Positions 1 through 13,042 of a stretch of 64,000 nucleotides of DNA are shown piece after piece. The notes under the pieces were generated by a model. The model saw nothing but the letters and a program-made list of their open reading frames with translations. It was not told where the DNA came from and did not search any database. The DNA comes from Somniosus microcephalus (lineage: Eukaryota). The DNA is taken from positions 1,364,001 through 1,428,000 of the forward strand of contig CM126226.1 of NCBI GenBank assembly GCA_052327205.1, given 5' to 3'. Numbering within the stretch: the stretch's first letter is position 1; every line of letters starts with the position of its first letter. Position numbers and translations under genes: made by a program.

Positions 1-59
1 TGAAGGCCAAGATACCATTTGCCTTCTTAACCAGCTGTTGGGAACATCAATCATTCCTT

Positions 60-322
60 TCTTGCTGCTCCCAGCACCTCTCAGCCTGCGCTCCCCACTG
101 CGCCCCCTCCCTCCCTCTCTCCGCCCCCTCCCTCCGCCCCCGCCAACTCCCTCGCCCTGCCCCCTCCCTCCGCCCCCCCCCACCCTCCAGCCCCCTCTCC
201 CCCCCTTCCTCCTCTCGTCCCCCTCCCCCCGCCCTCCCTCCCTCCACCCCCTCCCTCCCCCCGCCCCTGCCCTCCCTCCCTCCACCCCCCTCGCTCTGCC
301 CCCTCCTCCCCTTCCCTCTCTT
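60..322. repeat. C-rich low-complexity polypyrimidine tract
   Basis: Runs of ccctcc/cccctc. This explains the spurious Pro- and Gly-rich ORFs. Confidence 0.9.
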
Positions 323-470
323 GAGTTGAGGAGTCCACAGGACATATAATATGCCCAATTGAGCTGGCGTATCCTGTGCCATCTACGGTTGATACTCTGT
401 ATAATGGTGTCTGAGTCACAGAAAAAGTGCTTCAGGCTGCCGGTTGTTTTAATAATGAAGATGCTGTTAA

Positions 471-548
471 TGGCACCATCCAGGTTAGCTTCAAGGAGTG
501 ATTGGCATTTGGCACCATCCAGGTTAGCTTTAAGGAGTGATTGGCATT
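471..548. repeat. 39-bp tandem duplication
   Basis: tggcaccatccaggttagcttYaaggagtgattggcatt x2. Confidence 0.9.
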
Positions 549-584
549 TGCAAGAGCCGTCCTGATGTTTGTCCTTTCCTTCAG

Positions 585-671
585 GCTCTCGGATACCTGC
601 TTCCTGGACTCGGATGGCCGGCCCACTTGCGATGCTTGTAGTGTCGGCTACACTGGGCGGAGATGTGAAAC
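585..671 (+). CDS. HSPG2: Perlecan domain III exon (window exon 1), LE module
   Basis: ttccttcag acceptor and gtaggt donor. Reads LSDTCFLDSDGRPTCDACSVGYTGRRCE, matching perlecan FSDTCFLDTDGQATCDACAPGYTGRRCE. Phase 2/2. Confidence 0.95.
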
Positions 672-761
672 GTAGGTGAAACGTAACTCCACAACCACCT
701 ATTTCTGGCCTGCCTGAGGAGAGGTTTTTTTGCTCTAACCTGTGTGTGTTGTTTTTTGTAG

Positions 762-820
762 ATGTGCTGCTGGCTACGAAGGAAGCCCAATGACTCCAGG
801 TGGAAAGTGTAAACCGGATG
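762..820 (+). CDS. HSPG2: Perlecan exon 2, end of LE module
   Basis: ttttgtag / gtaagt. Reads CAAGYEGSPMTPGGKCKPD, in frame with the previous exon. Confidence 0.95.
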
Positions 821-1029
821 GTAAGTACCAGACAGCAGGGTGTCGGTAACTGGGCTATCGGGTTAATGTTCTCTGTTGGGTTAAATAGATTCCCCCCGTT
901 AGATTAATGGGCCTCTTAATAAAATCCAGCTCTCCGAAGCTCTGAGCTCTGTACCTACATTAGAAATGTTGTTGCCAAAATTCCATCGAGTTCGTCCATT
1001 GTCTGAAACAAGCAGATTATATGAAAAAG

Positions 1030-1487
1030 AAAAGAAAGACTTGCATTTCTATAGCGCCTTTCACGATCACCGGACGTCCCAAAGCGCTTTACAGCCAATG
1101 AAGCAGTTTTGAAGTATAGTCACTGTTGTGATGCAGGAAACGCTGCAACCAATTCGCGCACAGCAAGCTCCCACAAACAGCAATGTGATAATGACCAGAT
1201 CATCTGTTTTTAGTGATGTTGATTGAAGGATAAATATTGGCCAGGACACCAGGGATAACTCCCCTGCTCTTCGAAATAATGCCAGAGATCTTTTACATCC
1301 ACCTGAGAGAGCAGACGGTTTAACGTCTCATCCGAAACACAGCACCTCTGACAGTGCAGCACTCCCTCAGCACTGCACTGGAGTGTCAGCCTAGACTTTT
1401 TGTGCTCAAGTCTCTGGAGTGGGACTTGAACCCATAACCTTCTGACTCCGAGATGAGAGTGCTGCTCACTGATCCACAGCTGACACT
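1030..1487 (-). mobile_element. tRNA-derived DeuSINE (SacSINE1-like), near full length
   Basis: Minus-strand tRNA-like head with a B-box-like ggttcaagtccc. Body is shared with copies at about 29740, 44540 and 52575. Tail is gctatagaaatgcaagtc plus tttc repeats. Confidence 0.8.
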
Positions 1488-2113
1488 CCAAATACAGAGC
1501 ATTCCTTCAGTTTGGGGGCTCAGTATAAATCATTTCATCGACACTAATATTCAGCAAAACTTCCACATTCGAGTGTGGGCTGACAGTTGGGGTGAGATAC
1601 CATCTCTCTCTGGGGCATTGTTTTCAATCAAGCCAAACAGATGGAATGAATCTTCTATCTGGTGAAGTAAAATCCAAATGAGCTGAGCTCATGTGGTTTC
1701 CATCTCAATCCAGCTCCTAGAGGTTACAGGTGCAGGGCTGCGCTCAATGTGGCCCAGAAGGTCATGAGTCTGGGAAATGGGAAGATGTGGCTGGTGCAGT
1801 GAAGGATATTACTGTGAAACAGAGCTGGCACACATGCTCAGTTTCATGTCCTGGATTTTGTCTGCTCCTAAACAGAAACAAATGTTCTGATTCCCCAGCA
1901 CAGGGCCCCATATTCTAAACAAAGAGCTTGAATTTATATCGCGCCTTTCACAGCCGCAGCACCGCCCCAAGCACTTCAATTAAGTATCTTTGAAGTGTAG
2001 TCACCGTTGTAATGTAGGAAACATTCTGTCATTAATTGTTCTTGTAATCTTGATGTGCTTTGTTATAATTCAGAGCAGAACTCCTAAGAGAGTTTGTTTT
2101 GTTATTAAAGCAG

Positions 2114-2184
2114 GCAATATTTCAAACTGTGACAGCAGAGGAACTGACTCCACGAAACCATTTGGCGGATCTTGCCTGTGTAAG
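2114..2184 (+). CDS. HSPG2: Perlecan exon 3, start of LE module (alternative acceptor at 2111)
   Basis: aag|cag| tandem acceptor and gtatgt donor. Reads GNISNCDSRGTDSTKPFGGSCLCK. Confidence 0.9.
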
Positions 2185-2919
2185 GTATGTTCTAATGACT
2201 GGGCAGTGAGAGTGCTAGGCATTGGTAGACATGGCCTCTGGACCCCTGGCAGTATTACATTAGGACATCCTATCGAGAATGCAGTGGATGCAAAGAGCAT
2301 GGACCTCAGTCAGAGGTTTACATCACCAGTAGTTTAGAGGAACATGTTTGAGTCAATCGTGGCCGTTGTATCAATTGAAAAAGAGACCTCGCTGTATCTG
2401 GCTAATAGCCTGTTCTCAGTGCTTGGTACTTTATGTACCTTTGGTGCAGTCATATTATTGTATTTTTTGAATGCACAATCATCATTTGTACTTTTTTTTA
2501 TTTGCACTTGCTGAATTGTGGATTTGGTCGTAATGCAATAAATTTAAAATCCGCTGTAATCTAGTGTTTGTGTGTGTCACACCCATGACCAGATTACCCC
2601 TCTCGCTCTGTGTGTCTCCCCGTCACCTTCCCTTTCTCTGTGCCTGTCTATACTCCTTTCCCCACCTCCCCTGCCCGCTCTCCCTTCCTCCTTCCCCCGC
2701 TAACTTTGGAGGTCAGTGACTATTTACCAGCTGTTCCAAACAGTAATAACCCCGACAGTGTTCCTTCCAATACCCGAGCAGTGTGCTCACTGTAATCAAC
2801 CTCAACACGGCTCTCTCTCTTGGCTCAAGGACCTTCTCATTGATTATTTTTCTCTGTTTTCTATTGAAATTGTTGATCTTGAATTTTATGAAATTATTCA
2901 GATAATACCTAGACCAAAA

Positions 2920-4062
2920 TGATACAGTATAGAAGGAGGCCATTTGGCCAGCTCTTTGGTCGAGCTCTCCAATTAGTCCCACTCCCTGCTCTTTCCCCAT
3001 AGCCCTGCAAATTTTTCCTTCTCAAGTATTTATCCAATTCTCTTTTGAAAGTTATTGGCCCAGAAATTCGTGTCGGGGGCTTCCCGCGGGTGCAAGCCCC
3101 CGACCTACACTTACATTGCGCGCCGACAGTTGAGGCCTGGGCCTGCGTGGATTTCCTGTCTGTGGCCCGGTCCAGCTCCCGGCGCGCTGTGCTTGCGTGA
3201 TCCAGCGACGTACTTAGTGCGATGTGTCCGCTGGAATCACGTGAGCACTGGGCAACCAATCGGAGGAGGGAAAAGTCCATTCATGAGTTTGACAGAAAGA
3301 ACTGTCAAACTCAGGAAAACTCCGGGCGCCCAAAACAGTACATAACCTTAAAATAAATTTGAAAAAAAATCACACTATTTAAATCAACTATAAATAACAT
3401 TAAATAACTATTTTAAACAATAATTAAAATTTTTGAAAAAAATAATTTTATAAAAAATCGGGGCTAAAAATACACTTACCTTACTGTAAAGTATTTAAAA
3501 ATAATAAACCTGTGGAAAAAATGTTCTAATTTTAATTAATTGACCACTTACCTTTTAAAATGAAGTCCTTACGCCTGCTTTTTAGATGTGCAAAAAGTCG
3601 AGGCCTTCACGCACGGGCAAACCTGTATTTAAAAAAAAAAGGAAGTTCAACGTGCACGTGCAGACTCCTGCGCGCACGCGTTCGACCTCTGAACCCCTTG
3701 GTTCAGAGGATCGGAAATGCCGGTTTCCCGCGCATGCGTAGTGCTTGCAAGAAACCGGCACTTCCATCGGGTCCACGCGTGAGTACCCGAATTTCTGGGC
3801 CATTATTGAATCTGCTTCCACCGCCCTTTCAGGCAGCGCATTCCAGATCATAACAACTGTTCACGTAAAAAAAAATTCTCCTCATCTCGCCTCTGGTTCT
3901 TTTGCCATTTACCTTAAATCTGTGTCCTCTGGGCATTCTGCCACTGGAAACAGTTTCTCCGTATTTACTCTATCAAAACCCTTCATGATTCTGAACACCT
4001 CTATTAAATCCCCCCTTAACCTTCTCTGCTCGAAGGAGAACAACCCCAGCTTCTCCAGTTTC
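2920..4062 (-). mobile_element. CR1 LINE 3' fragment interrupted by a MITE
   Basis: LEKLGLFSFEQRRLRGDLIEVFRIMKGFDRV motif plus CR1 3' UTR. Confidence 0.85.
3057..3801. mobile_element. Non-autonomous DNA transposon (MITE, PIF/Harbinger-like), copy 1
   Basis: Terminal inverted repeats GGCCCAGAAATTCG...CGAATTTCTGGGCC, 3-bp TSD ATT, AT-rich core. Confidence 0.85.
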
Positions 4063-4260
4063 AGCACTATGATAACCATATTGATTATTCTGAGAGTGTA
4101 CAATACTGCGATAACACCCGGAAATCTTCCCAAACCCATCCCAAGCAGCACCTCCAGGTGTGGTTTGGATGAAGAAAAACAATTCGTGGAATATTCATCA
4201 AGATTATATATAAGGTTCAAGATTTTAAAAATAAACAGAAAACACTCGAATAATCGGAGC

Positions 4261-4443
4261 CAATGTTCCCATTAAGCTGTGTCGCCGCCCGGTGGCCTGG
4301 CGCTCCCGCCCAGTGGCCTGGCGCTCCCGCCCGGTGGCCGGGCGCTCCCGCGCAGGCCGCTCAATGGCTTTGTAATCGAAAAACCGCTTGTGCGCAATAA
4401 TTTGAATGGGCCGCGCACCCAAAATAAATTAGTTGGAACATTG
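4261..4443. mobile_element. Small hAT-like MITE with an internal 21-bp triple repeat
   Basis: TIR CAATGTTCC...GGAACATTG. Flanking 8-mers atcggagc/gtcgggac look like a decayed TSD. Confidence 0.55.
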
Positions 4444-4727
4444 GTCGGGACGATGAAATTAAATGAAAACCAGTACTTTTCATAACTTTTGCTTTGACGT
4501 TTGATGTGATCTGGTCAAAATATTGGAGGAATGAGCCTGACTATTGGGAATTCTTTTTAAAATCATATTATTACAAAAGGAATGTGGTTATCATTAGAAT
4601 CTTTTTATTTTGTTCGGTGCTTTTGAATCGAGTACCCCTGGTATGTCACAGGGTCTAATCAGGCCCTGCTGTGTCCTGACTTGCTCACAGTTATTATAAA
4701 GCTCTTGCCGTGTTGGCTCTTTTGCAG

Positions 4728-4868
4728 CCGAATGTTGTTGGAAGACTGTGTGATGAATGCTCGACGGGGTACTTCAATTTGGACGAATCCAATGCGGATG
4801 GTTGCCTGAAATGTTTCTGCATGGGGACCAGCAAACAGTGTGCCAGCTCCTCCTGGCACCGAGACCAG
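4728..4868 (+). CDS. HSPG2: Perlecan exon 4, LE
   Basis: tttgcag / gttagt. Reads PNVVGRLCDECSTGYFNLDESNADGCLKCFCMGTSKQCASSSWHRDQ. 141 nt. Confidence 0.96.
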
Positions 4869-5631
4869 GTTAGTCTGCAAGCGCCAATGTGTTTGGAACT
4901 CGATGGGAAGCATCTCCGAAAGTGCGTGAGTGACGTGGTTCCCTGTTTCTCGAGAAGTGGCTGATTCTTCGATGCTTTAACACAACCTGAGCAGGTTCTC
5001 AGCTACATTATTGGTCGCATTTTTCAACTTGCAAGAGGATGGGAGGAAAAATCTGGGCGTCCCTTCATCTGGTTAATTGTCCTCTGTTCCGGGAATGTTG
5101 CCTCATTTTGTTCCTGGAAATCTGCTTAAATGAGCAATTTGTACCAAGGCTCTTCGGACATTGGAATTTGTGCATTCCATATGGGAGATTCAAGCTCGGA
5201 CTAGGCACAACTTTAGTCCTTGCAGAATCTCGCATGTTTTAAGGAAAAAGTCTGTGTGTCCACATTGAGAGTTTGCAGTAAAGCTTTAACTCTTCAGCAA
5301 CTTCATTGACACGTGGCATGATTTATAACCTTGAAGGAAAATCTGAATGTTTTTGTTGGCCAATTCTTCAAGTGACATTCTGTAGCTGGCTGGATTTGGA
5401 AGATTTTATCGAATATGCTGCTGTTTAAGAAAAGTGAAGCCGCATCTGAAAGCTCGCCCAGTGGGACAATATCACTGCACACAGAGTTCTACAATAAAAC
5501 GGAAAAGGAGGATTTTGTTTAAAAGTGTATTTTCTGTTGAAGGGCTTGTACAATATAGACTTGAGCTATATGTAATAACTGTCTGTTTCAATACCTCAGT
5601 AGCATTATTGTGCTATCATGTAGTGTTAATC

Positions 5632-6665
5632 ATAGAATCATAGAAGTTTACAGCCCAGAAGGAGGCCATTCGGCCCATCGTGTCTGTGCCGGTTGAAAAA
5701 GTTATCCAGCCTAATCTCACTTCCCAGCTCTTGGTCCCTGGTCTTGGAGGTTACGGCACTTCACGTGCATATCCAAGTACTTTTTAAATGTGATGAGGGT
5801 TTCTGCCTCTACCACCCTTTCAGGCAGTGAGTTCCAGACCGCCACCACCCTCTGGGTGAAAAAAGTTCTCCAGCTCTCCTCAAATCACACTACCAATTAC
5901 TTTAAATCTATGTCCCCTAGTTATTGACCTCCCTGCTAATGGAAATAGGTCCTTCCTATCCACTCTATCTAGGCCCCTCATAATTTTATACACCTCAATT
6001 AAGTCTCCCCTCAGCCTCCTCCGTTCCAAGGAAAACAGACCCCAGCCTCTCCAATCTTTCCTCAAAGCTAAAATTCTCCAGTCTTGGCAACATCCTCGTA
6101 AATCTCCTCTGTACCCTCTAGTGCAATCACATCTTTCCTGTAATGTGGTGACCAGAACTGTACACAGTATTCTAGCTGAGGCCTAACTAGTGTTTTATAC
6201 AGTTCTAGCCTAACCTCCCTGCTCTTGTATTCTATGCCTCGGCTAATAAAGGCAAGCATTCCATATGCCGCCTTAACCACCTTATCTACCTGTCCTGCTA
6301 CCTTCAGGGATCTGTGGACATGCACTCCAAGGTCCCTCTGTTCCTCTACACTTCTCAGTATCCTACCATTGTGTATTCCCTTGCCTAGTTAGCCCTCCCC
6401 AAATGCATTACCTCACACTTCTCCAGACTGTATTCTATTTGCCACTTTTCTGCCCACCTGACCAGTTCATTGATATCTTCTTGCAGTCTACAGCTTTCTT
6501 CCTTACTGTCAACCACACGGCCAATTATTGTATCATCTGCAAAATTCTTAATCATGCCCTCTACATTGAAGTCTAAATCGTTGATATATACACACCACAA
6601 AAAGCAAGGGACCCAGTACTGAGCCCTGCCGAACCCCACTGGAAACAGCCTTCCAGTCACAAAAG
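5632..6665 (-). mobile_element. CR1 LINE, 3' ~1 kb
   Basis: YINDLD, FADDT and YKTLVRPQLEYCVQFWSP motifs, with an (attctatg)n tail. Confidence 0.92.
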
Positions 6666-6863
6666 TAGGTATGATGTAAAAGTTACTGTGATGGATGGTA
6701 TGTTGGCTGAAATCTTAAAATGGCTGCCCTGGGAGGGGTGCAGCCTATTATGACCAGACCGATATGATGAGGTTTAAGTTGAAGTTAAACAAATTTGAAT
6801 GTTAGATTTGCTGGCAGTTCCTCATTGTGCCGTTATTTCATTGTGCTGTTTGTTCTTTGCAAG

Positions 6864-7046
6864 GTCCGAGCTGTTTATGATGAGCAGGAGAGGAATCTTT
6901 ACATGTTGACAAATATGGCGCACACTCACAGGATCACTGAAGGAGTCCAAATCAGTGCCTTGAGTGAACTGACATTTGCAGAGTTTGACACGGTCCCTCG
7001 AGACATCTACTACTGGGTGCTACCTGATCGGTTTAAAGGTGATAAG
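6864..7046 (+). CDS. HSPG2: Perlecan exon 5, L4 domain
   Basis: ttgcaag / gtaaat. Ends YYWVLPDRFKGDK, an L4 motif. 183 nt. Confidence 0.94.
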
Positions 7047-7540
7047 GTAAATGGAGATCCATCTGATTCGGGTTGCCATTGCACTTGGATGCCACGGCAC
7101 TATAGAGGCAGAACAAAAGTTGAAATCCTCAGCTTGTGATTTGTTGTGTGGCCCGAGTTGGCCTCGGTATTTAATCACGCCTCCGGTTTCTGTATTCATT
7201 TGTTTGGAAAGGTCAAAGATATGAGAGACTGTTCAGTTTACTGGCCTCCAATATATTCTTTGGAATTTGTTCAACTTCCACCTAATTTCCTGCTGCTCGG
7301 ATCCTCTTGCTCGCAAACTGCATTTGACACTTCCTGTTTCTGTTTAATTCCTTACTCCACCAACCAGGGCTCATTGCTGAGGCCTCCTTTCAAAAGAATT
7401 GAGGTGCAACTTCCAGAACAAAACTGGGGGTGAGGAAACCAATGCTTCTGCTCAGGATCCTGTGTAGAGCCAAACCGTGTAGGGCAAAGGGCAAGTGTTT
7501 CTGACTTTTGACCAATGACCTTTTATACAGAGACGTCGAA

Positions 7541-10388
7541 CTGTCTCTGGTCTGAGAATGAGGAGCACTGTCTCTGGTCTGAGAATGAGGAACACTGTCT
7601 CTGGTCTGAGAATGAGGAGCACTGTCTCTGGTCTGAGAATGAGGAGCACTGTCTCTGGTCTGAGAATGAGGAGCACTGTCTCTGGTCTGAGAATGAGGAG
7701 CACTGTCTCTCTGGTCTGAGAATGAGGAGCACTGTCTCTGGTCTGAGAATGAGGAGCACTGTCTCTCTGGTCTGAGAATGAGGAGCACTGTCTCTGGTCT
7801 GTGAATGAGGAGCACTGTCTCTGGTCTGTGAATGAGGAGCACTGTCTCTGGTCTGAGAATGCGGAGCACTGTCTCTGGTCTGAGAATGAGGAGCACTGTC
7901 TCTGGTCTGAGAATGAGGAGCACTGTCTCTGGTCTGTGAATGAGGAGCACTGTCTCTGGTCTGTGAATGAGGAGCACTGTCTCTGGTCTGAGAATGAGGA
8001 GCACTGTCTCTGGTCTGTGAATGAGGAGCACTGTCTCTGGTCTGAGAATGAGGAGCACTGTCTCTGGTCTGTGAATGAGGAGCACTGTCTCTGGTCTGAG
8101 AATGAGGAGCACTGTCTCTGGTCTGTGAATGAGGAGCACTGTCTCTGGTCTGAGAATGAGGAGCACTGTCTCTGGTCTGTGAATGAGGAGCACTGTCTCT
8201 GGTCTGTGAATGAGGAGCACTGTCTCTGGTCTGAGAATGCGGAGCACTGTCTCTGGTCTGAGAATGAGGAGCACTGTCTCTGGTCTGTGAATGAGGAGCA
8301 CTGTCTCTGGTCTGAGAATGAGGAGCACTGTCTCTGGTCTGTGAATGAGGAGCACTGTCTCTGGTCTGAGAATGAGGAGCACTGTCTCTGGTCTGTGAAT
8401 GAGGAGCACTGTCTCTGGTCTGAGAATGAGGAGCACTGTCTCTGTCTGAGAATGAGGAGCACTGTCTCTGGTCTGTGAATGAGGAGCACTGTCTCTGGTC
8501 TGAGAATGCGGAGCACTGTCTCTGGTCTGAGAATGAGGAGCACTGTCTCTGGTCTGAGAATGAGGAGCACTGTCTCTGGTCTGTGAATGAGGAGCACTGT
8601 CTCTGGTCTGTGAATGAGGAGCACTGTCTCTGGTCTGAGAATGAGGAGCACTGTCTCTGGTCTGTGAATGAGGAGCACTGTCTCTGGTCTGAGAATGAGG
8701 AGCACTGTCTCTGGTCTGTGAATGAGGAGCACTGTCTCTGGTCTGAGAATGAGGAGCACTGTCTCTGGTCTGTGAATGAGGAGCACTGTCTCTGGTCTGA
8801 GAATGAGGAGCACTGTCTCTGGTCTGTGAATGAGGAGCACTGTCTCTGGTCTGTGAATGAGAGCACTGTCTCTGGTCTGTGAATGAGGAGCACTGTCTCT
8901 GGTCTGAGAATGAGGAGCACTGTCTCTGGTCTTAGAATGAGGAGCACTGTCTCTGGTCTGTGAATGAGGAGCACTGTCTCAGGTCTGTGAATGAGGAGCA
9001 GTGTCTCTGGTCTGTGAATGAGGAGCACTGTCTCTGGTCTGAGAATGAGGAGCACTGTCTCTGGTCTGTGAATGAGGAGCACTGTCTCTGGTCTGAGAAT
9101 GAGGAGCACTGTCTCTGGTCTGTGAATGAGGAGCACTGTCTCTGGTCTGAGAATGAGGAGCACTGTCTCTGGTCTGTGAATGAGGAGCACTGTCTCTGGT
9201 CTGTGAATGAGGAGCACTGTCTCTGGTCTGTGAATGAGGAGCACTGTCTCTGGTCTGAGAATGAGGAGCACTGTCTCTCTGGTCTGAGAATGAGGAGCAC
9301 TGTCTCTCTGGTCTGAGAATGAGGAGCACTGTCTCTCTGGTCTGAGAATGAGTAGCACTGTCTCTGGTCTGAGAATGAGGAGCACTGTCTCTGGTCTGTG
9401 AATGTGGAGCACTGTCTCTCTGGTCTGTGAATGAGGAGCACTGTCTCTGGTCTGAGAATGCGGAGCACTGTCTCTGGTCTGAGAATGAGGAGCACTGTCT
9501 CTCTGGTCTGAGAATGAGGAGCACTGTCTCTCTGGTCTGAGAATGAGGAGCACTGTCTCTCTGGTCTGTGAATGAGGAGCACTGTCTCTCTGGTCTGAGA
9601 ATGAGGAGCACTGTCTCTGGTCTGTGAATGAGGAGCACTGTCTCTGGTCTGTGAATGAGGAGCACTGTCTCTGGTCTGAGAATGAGGAGCACTGTCTCTG
9701 GTCTGTGAATGAGGAGCACTGTCTCTGGTCTGTGAATGAGGAGCACTGTCTCTGGTCTGAGAATGAGGAGCACTGTCTCTGGTCTGAGAATGAGGAGCAC
9801 TGTCTCTGGTCTGAGAATGAGGAGCACTGTCTCTGTCTGAGAATGAGGAGCACTGTCTCTGGTCTGAGAATGAGGAGCACTGTCTCTGGTCTGTGAATGA
9901 GGAGCACTGTCTCTGGTCTGTGAATGAGGAGCACTGTCTCTGGTCTGAGAATGAGGAGCACTGTCTCTGGTCTGAGAATGAGGAGCACTGTCTCTGGTCT
10001 GAGAATGAGGAGCACTGTCTCTGGTCTGAGAATGAGGAGCACTGTCTCTGGTGGTCTGAGAATGAGGAGCACTGTCTCTCTGGTCTGAGAATGAGGAGCA
10101 CTGTCTCTGGTCTGAGAATGAGGAGCACTGTCTCTGGTCTGAGAATGAGGAGCACTGTCTCTGGTCTGAGAATGAGGAGCACTGTCTCTCTGGTCTGAGA
10201 ATGAGGAGCACTGTCTCTGGTCTGAGAATGAGGAGCACTGTCTCTCTGGTCTGAGAATGAGGAGCACTGTCTCTCTGGTCTGAGAATGAGGAGCACTGTC
10301 TCTCTGGTCTGAGAATGAGGAGCACTGCCTCTGGTCTGAGAATGCGGAGCACTGTCTCTGGTCTGAGAATGAGGAGCACTGTCTCTGC
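7541..10388. repeat. 27-bp minisatellite, ~105 units
   Basis: Unit ctgtctctggtctgWgaatgaggagca with +CT variants. Source of the many repetitive ORFs here. Confidence 0.97.
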
Positions 10389-10671
10389 AGGAGATCATTG
10401 AACAGTTTCCTTTTGGAGTTAGTTATCTGCTGCATGAGGATAATTGTGCAAGTGTTTAAGTGCTTCATTCAATGACTTCATTGTAGGGAAAGAATAATGT
10501 TTGTTCAGTTCCCGTTGTTCTGCCAACACATATGGTTCCCAAAGATGCCGTCTTGATTGATTCTGTTCAACACGTGATCTGATTTGGGGATGGCTGTATT
10601 AATGTGCTTTACTGGTTCCTGCTTTTTTCTACACTTCTTAATTGCTTCCTGCCCTCTGTCCATTTCTATAG

Positions 10672-10848
10672 GTTACTTCTTATGGAGGGGAATTACATTA
10701 CACCATCCTGTACAATATCTCTCCCGGCTCCTCGCTCGTCACCTGGATGCCAGATGTTATTCTACAAGGCAACAGCATCTTCCTGGAGCACTACACCAAG
10801 AGACCACAACCTGGCATTCCCACAACGTTCTCTGTCTCCTTTAGAGAA
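10672..10848 (+). CDS. HSPG2: Perlecan exon 6, L4 domain
   Basis: ttctatag / gtaggc. Reads VTSYGGELHYTI...PDVILQGNSIFLEH...TFSVSFRE. Confidence 0.94.
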
Positions 10849-12019
10849 GTAGGCTGTCATTGTATTTCTTTAACCCATTGTAGATGGACTTTATTTGAGA
10901 TTGTGCAATGTTTTTCCTGAGAACACTTGTGTGGAGAATAGATTCCTTTTGCTGATTAGATTCTGAGAAATGGATTGTCCACGTTTAGATCCACCCGCAA
11001 GTGGGAAGTGCACGTGTTCAGCTAAGAGTCAGTAGAATGTGTGTGAGCAATATCCTGTCGAGCTGAGGATAGATTGGGTTATTCAAGGACAAGATCGTCA
11101 GTTTTGAGATGATCTTCAGTGGCACAGGTATTTACGATAGGCCACTATTGCTATTCAGTGATGCCAGGGGGCCAATGATGCCACCCATAGCACCCAAAAC
11201 GCTGAGGTAAGAGGCTTACGCTGCACACGATTCGCTGAATGCAGGGCAATGTGGGCAGGAAGCGATGCAGTGCAGCTGAGATCTCCACCCCATAATGTAG
11301 TTAATGCATAAGCAGCACGTCAGCCGTTGAGCAGCCATTGCAAGTGGGAGCAGATCAAGGCACGGGCCAATGGAGTCCATGCCCAGGGGCCTAGCCAAAT
11401 ATGTTCCATTTAAGCTTTGCGATATGATTTTGCTTTATTCTTCGTGCAGTGGTAAACATTATGTGGGCCCACCGTTTGTGTTGCAATGGATTGGGGGTGG
11501 GGGAGAAGGTTTTGTCGAGGGGCCCCCAATGGTCTTGGTTTCCAGGGCCCCAAGAATTTTTAATCAGTTTCCGAGTGGGTGCTGCAAGGGAGGAGTTCAG
11601 GAAATTCGTCATTGTTTTCCCCGTGGCTAGTGTACTCTCTGATCGCTTCGCTTACCTGAGGCTGGACTGTTGGGCCTCAAAAGGCCAGTTTTGCCTGGTA
11701 ACTGGCCTCCTCCCTTCCCCTGCCCCACACCCAAAAGCCATTTTGCCCTGTGTCCTAACATGTCATGAGCAGTGCTGCTTCTATCCACTCCCTGGACCCA
11801 TGCATGTGGGGAGTTCCCTTTGATATTGTGCAGGTATCTTCCCTTGATTGCTATGGCCTTCCATCAAGATCTAGATGCAATTGAATGTAATGGCGGTGAA
11901 GGGCAGTTGAGTTTTAGAGTCAGTTTTCCTCTGCGTGTAATGGAGAGCCAGTTCAGGTGCACATTTTTGATGTAATAATTAAATTGTGCATATGAATTTT
12001 GCACAGTATATGCTTGGCC

Positions 12020-12135
12020 GAGAATTACTAGGGAATAGTGCGGGAAGGTGGAGGTAGCAGCTCAGCCATGATCTTATTGACTGGGGGAGTAGACTCGAGG
12101 GGCCGAAAGGCCGACTCCTGCTCCTATTTTTAATG
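12020..12135 (+). mobile_element. CR1 3' UTR fragment
   Basis: gccatgatcttattga...ctcgaggggccgaa...ctcctgctcctatt. Confidence 0.7.
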
Positions 12136-12487
12136 TTATTATCTACTGTCTAGCCACCTCCTGATATCTAAGTAGTCTCTTCAGATTTGCTTTCATTAGT
12201 AACGTCTGGGATTGCATAACAGATGCGTATAGTTCCAGATCTTTCAGATCACCAGCTCTCAAGATCCGATTTTAAATGAAGACTCAAGGTTATGGTGCAG
12301 AAGCCAAATTGGGTTGTGGTGAGATTGGCTTCTTGCTGCCCGTCATTTCAGTCAACTTGCAACAGCTGGGATGAGCTTATTTGGTTTACTTAGTCTTACC
12401 ACCAGGTGGACTATCTCGCAATAGGCCAACAGAAGAGAGAGGACTGTTCATTTCTTCATGTGCTCTGGGTACCAGTGTGGCTTACAT

Positions 12488-13042
12488 AAAAACATAAGAA
12501 CGTAAGAAATAGGAGCAGGAGTAGGCCTAGTCAGTAAGATCATGGCTGATCTTTTACCTCATCTCCACTTTCCCGCACTATCCCCATATCCCTTGATTCC
12601 CTTAATATTCAAAAATCTATCGATCTCTGTCTTGAATATACGCAACAACTGAGCCTCCACAGCCCTCTGGGGTAGAGAATTCCAAAGATTCACCACCCTC
12701 TGAGTGAAGAAATTTCTCCTCATCTCGGTCCTAAATGACCGACCCCTTATTCTGAGGCTGTGACCCCTGGTTCTAGACTCCCCAGCCAAGGGAAACATCC
12801 TCCCTGCATCTACCCTGTCAAGCCCTGTAAGAATGTTGTACGTTTCAATGAGATCACCTCTCATTCTTCTAAACTCTAGAGAATACAGGCCTAGTCTACT
12901 CAATCTCTCCTCATAGGACAATCCCCCCATCCCAGGAATCAGTCTGGTGAACCTTGGTTGCACTCCCTCTATGGCAAGTAAATCCTTCCTTAGGTAAGGA
13001 GGCTCAAACTGTACACAATACTCCAGGTGTGGTCTCACCAGG
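12488..13042 (-). mobile_element. CR1 LINE 3' fragment
   Basis: 159-aa ORF RPHLEYCVQF...RRMRGDLIETY...RNFFTQRVVNLWNSLP. Confidence 0.92.

Noticed and set aside
7390-10468. Long ORFs (up to 981 aa) over the 27-bp array
   Set aside because: Artefacts of a stop-poor tandem repeat; open in several frames at once.
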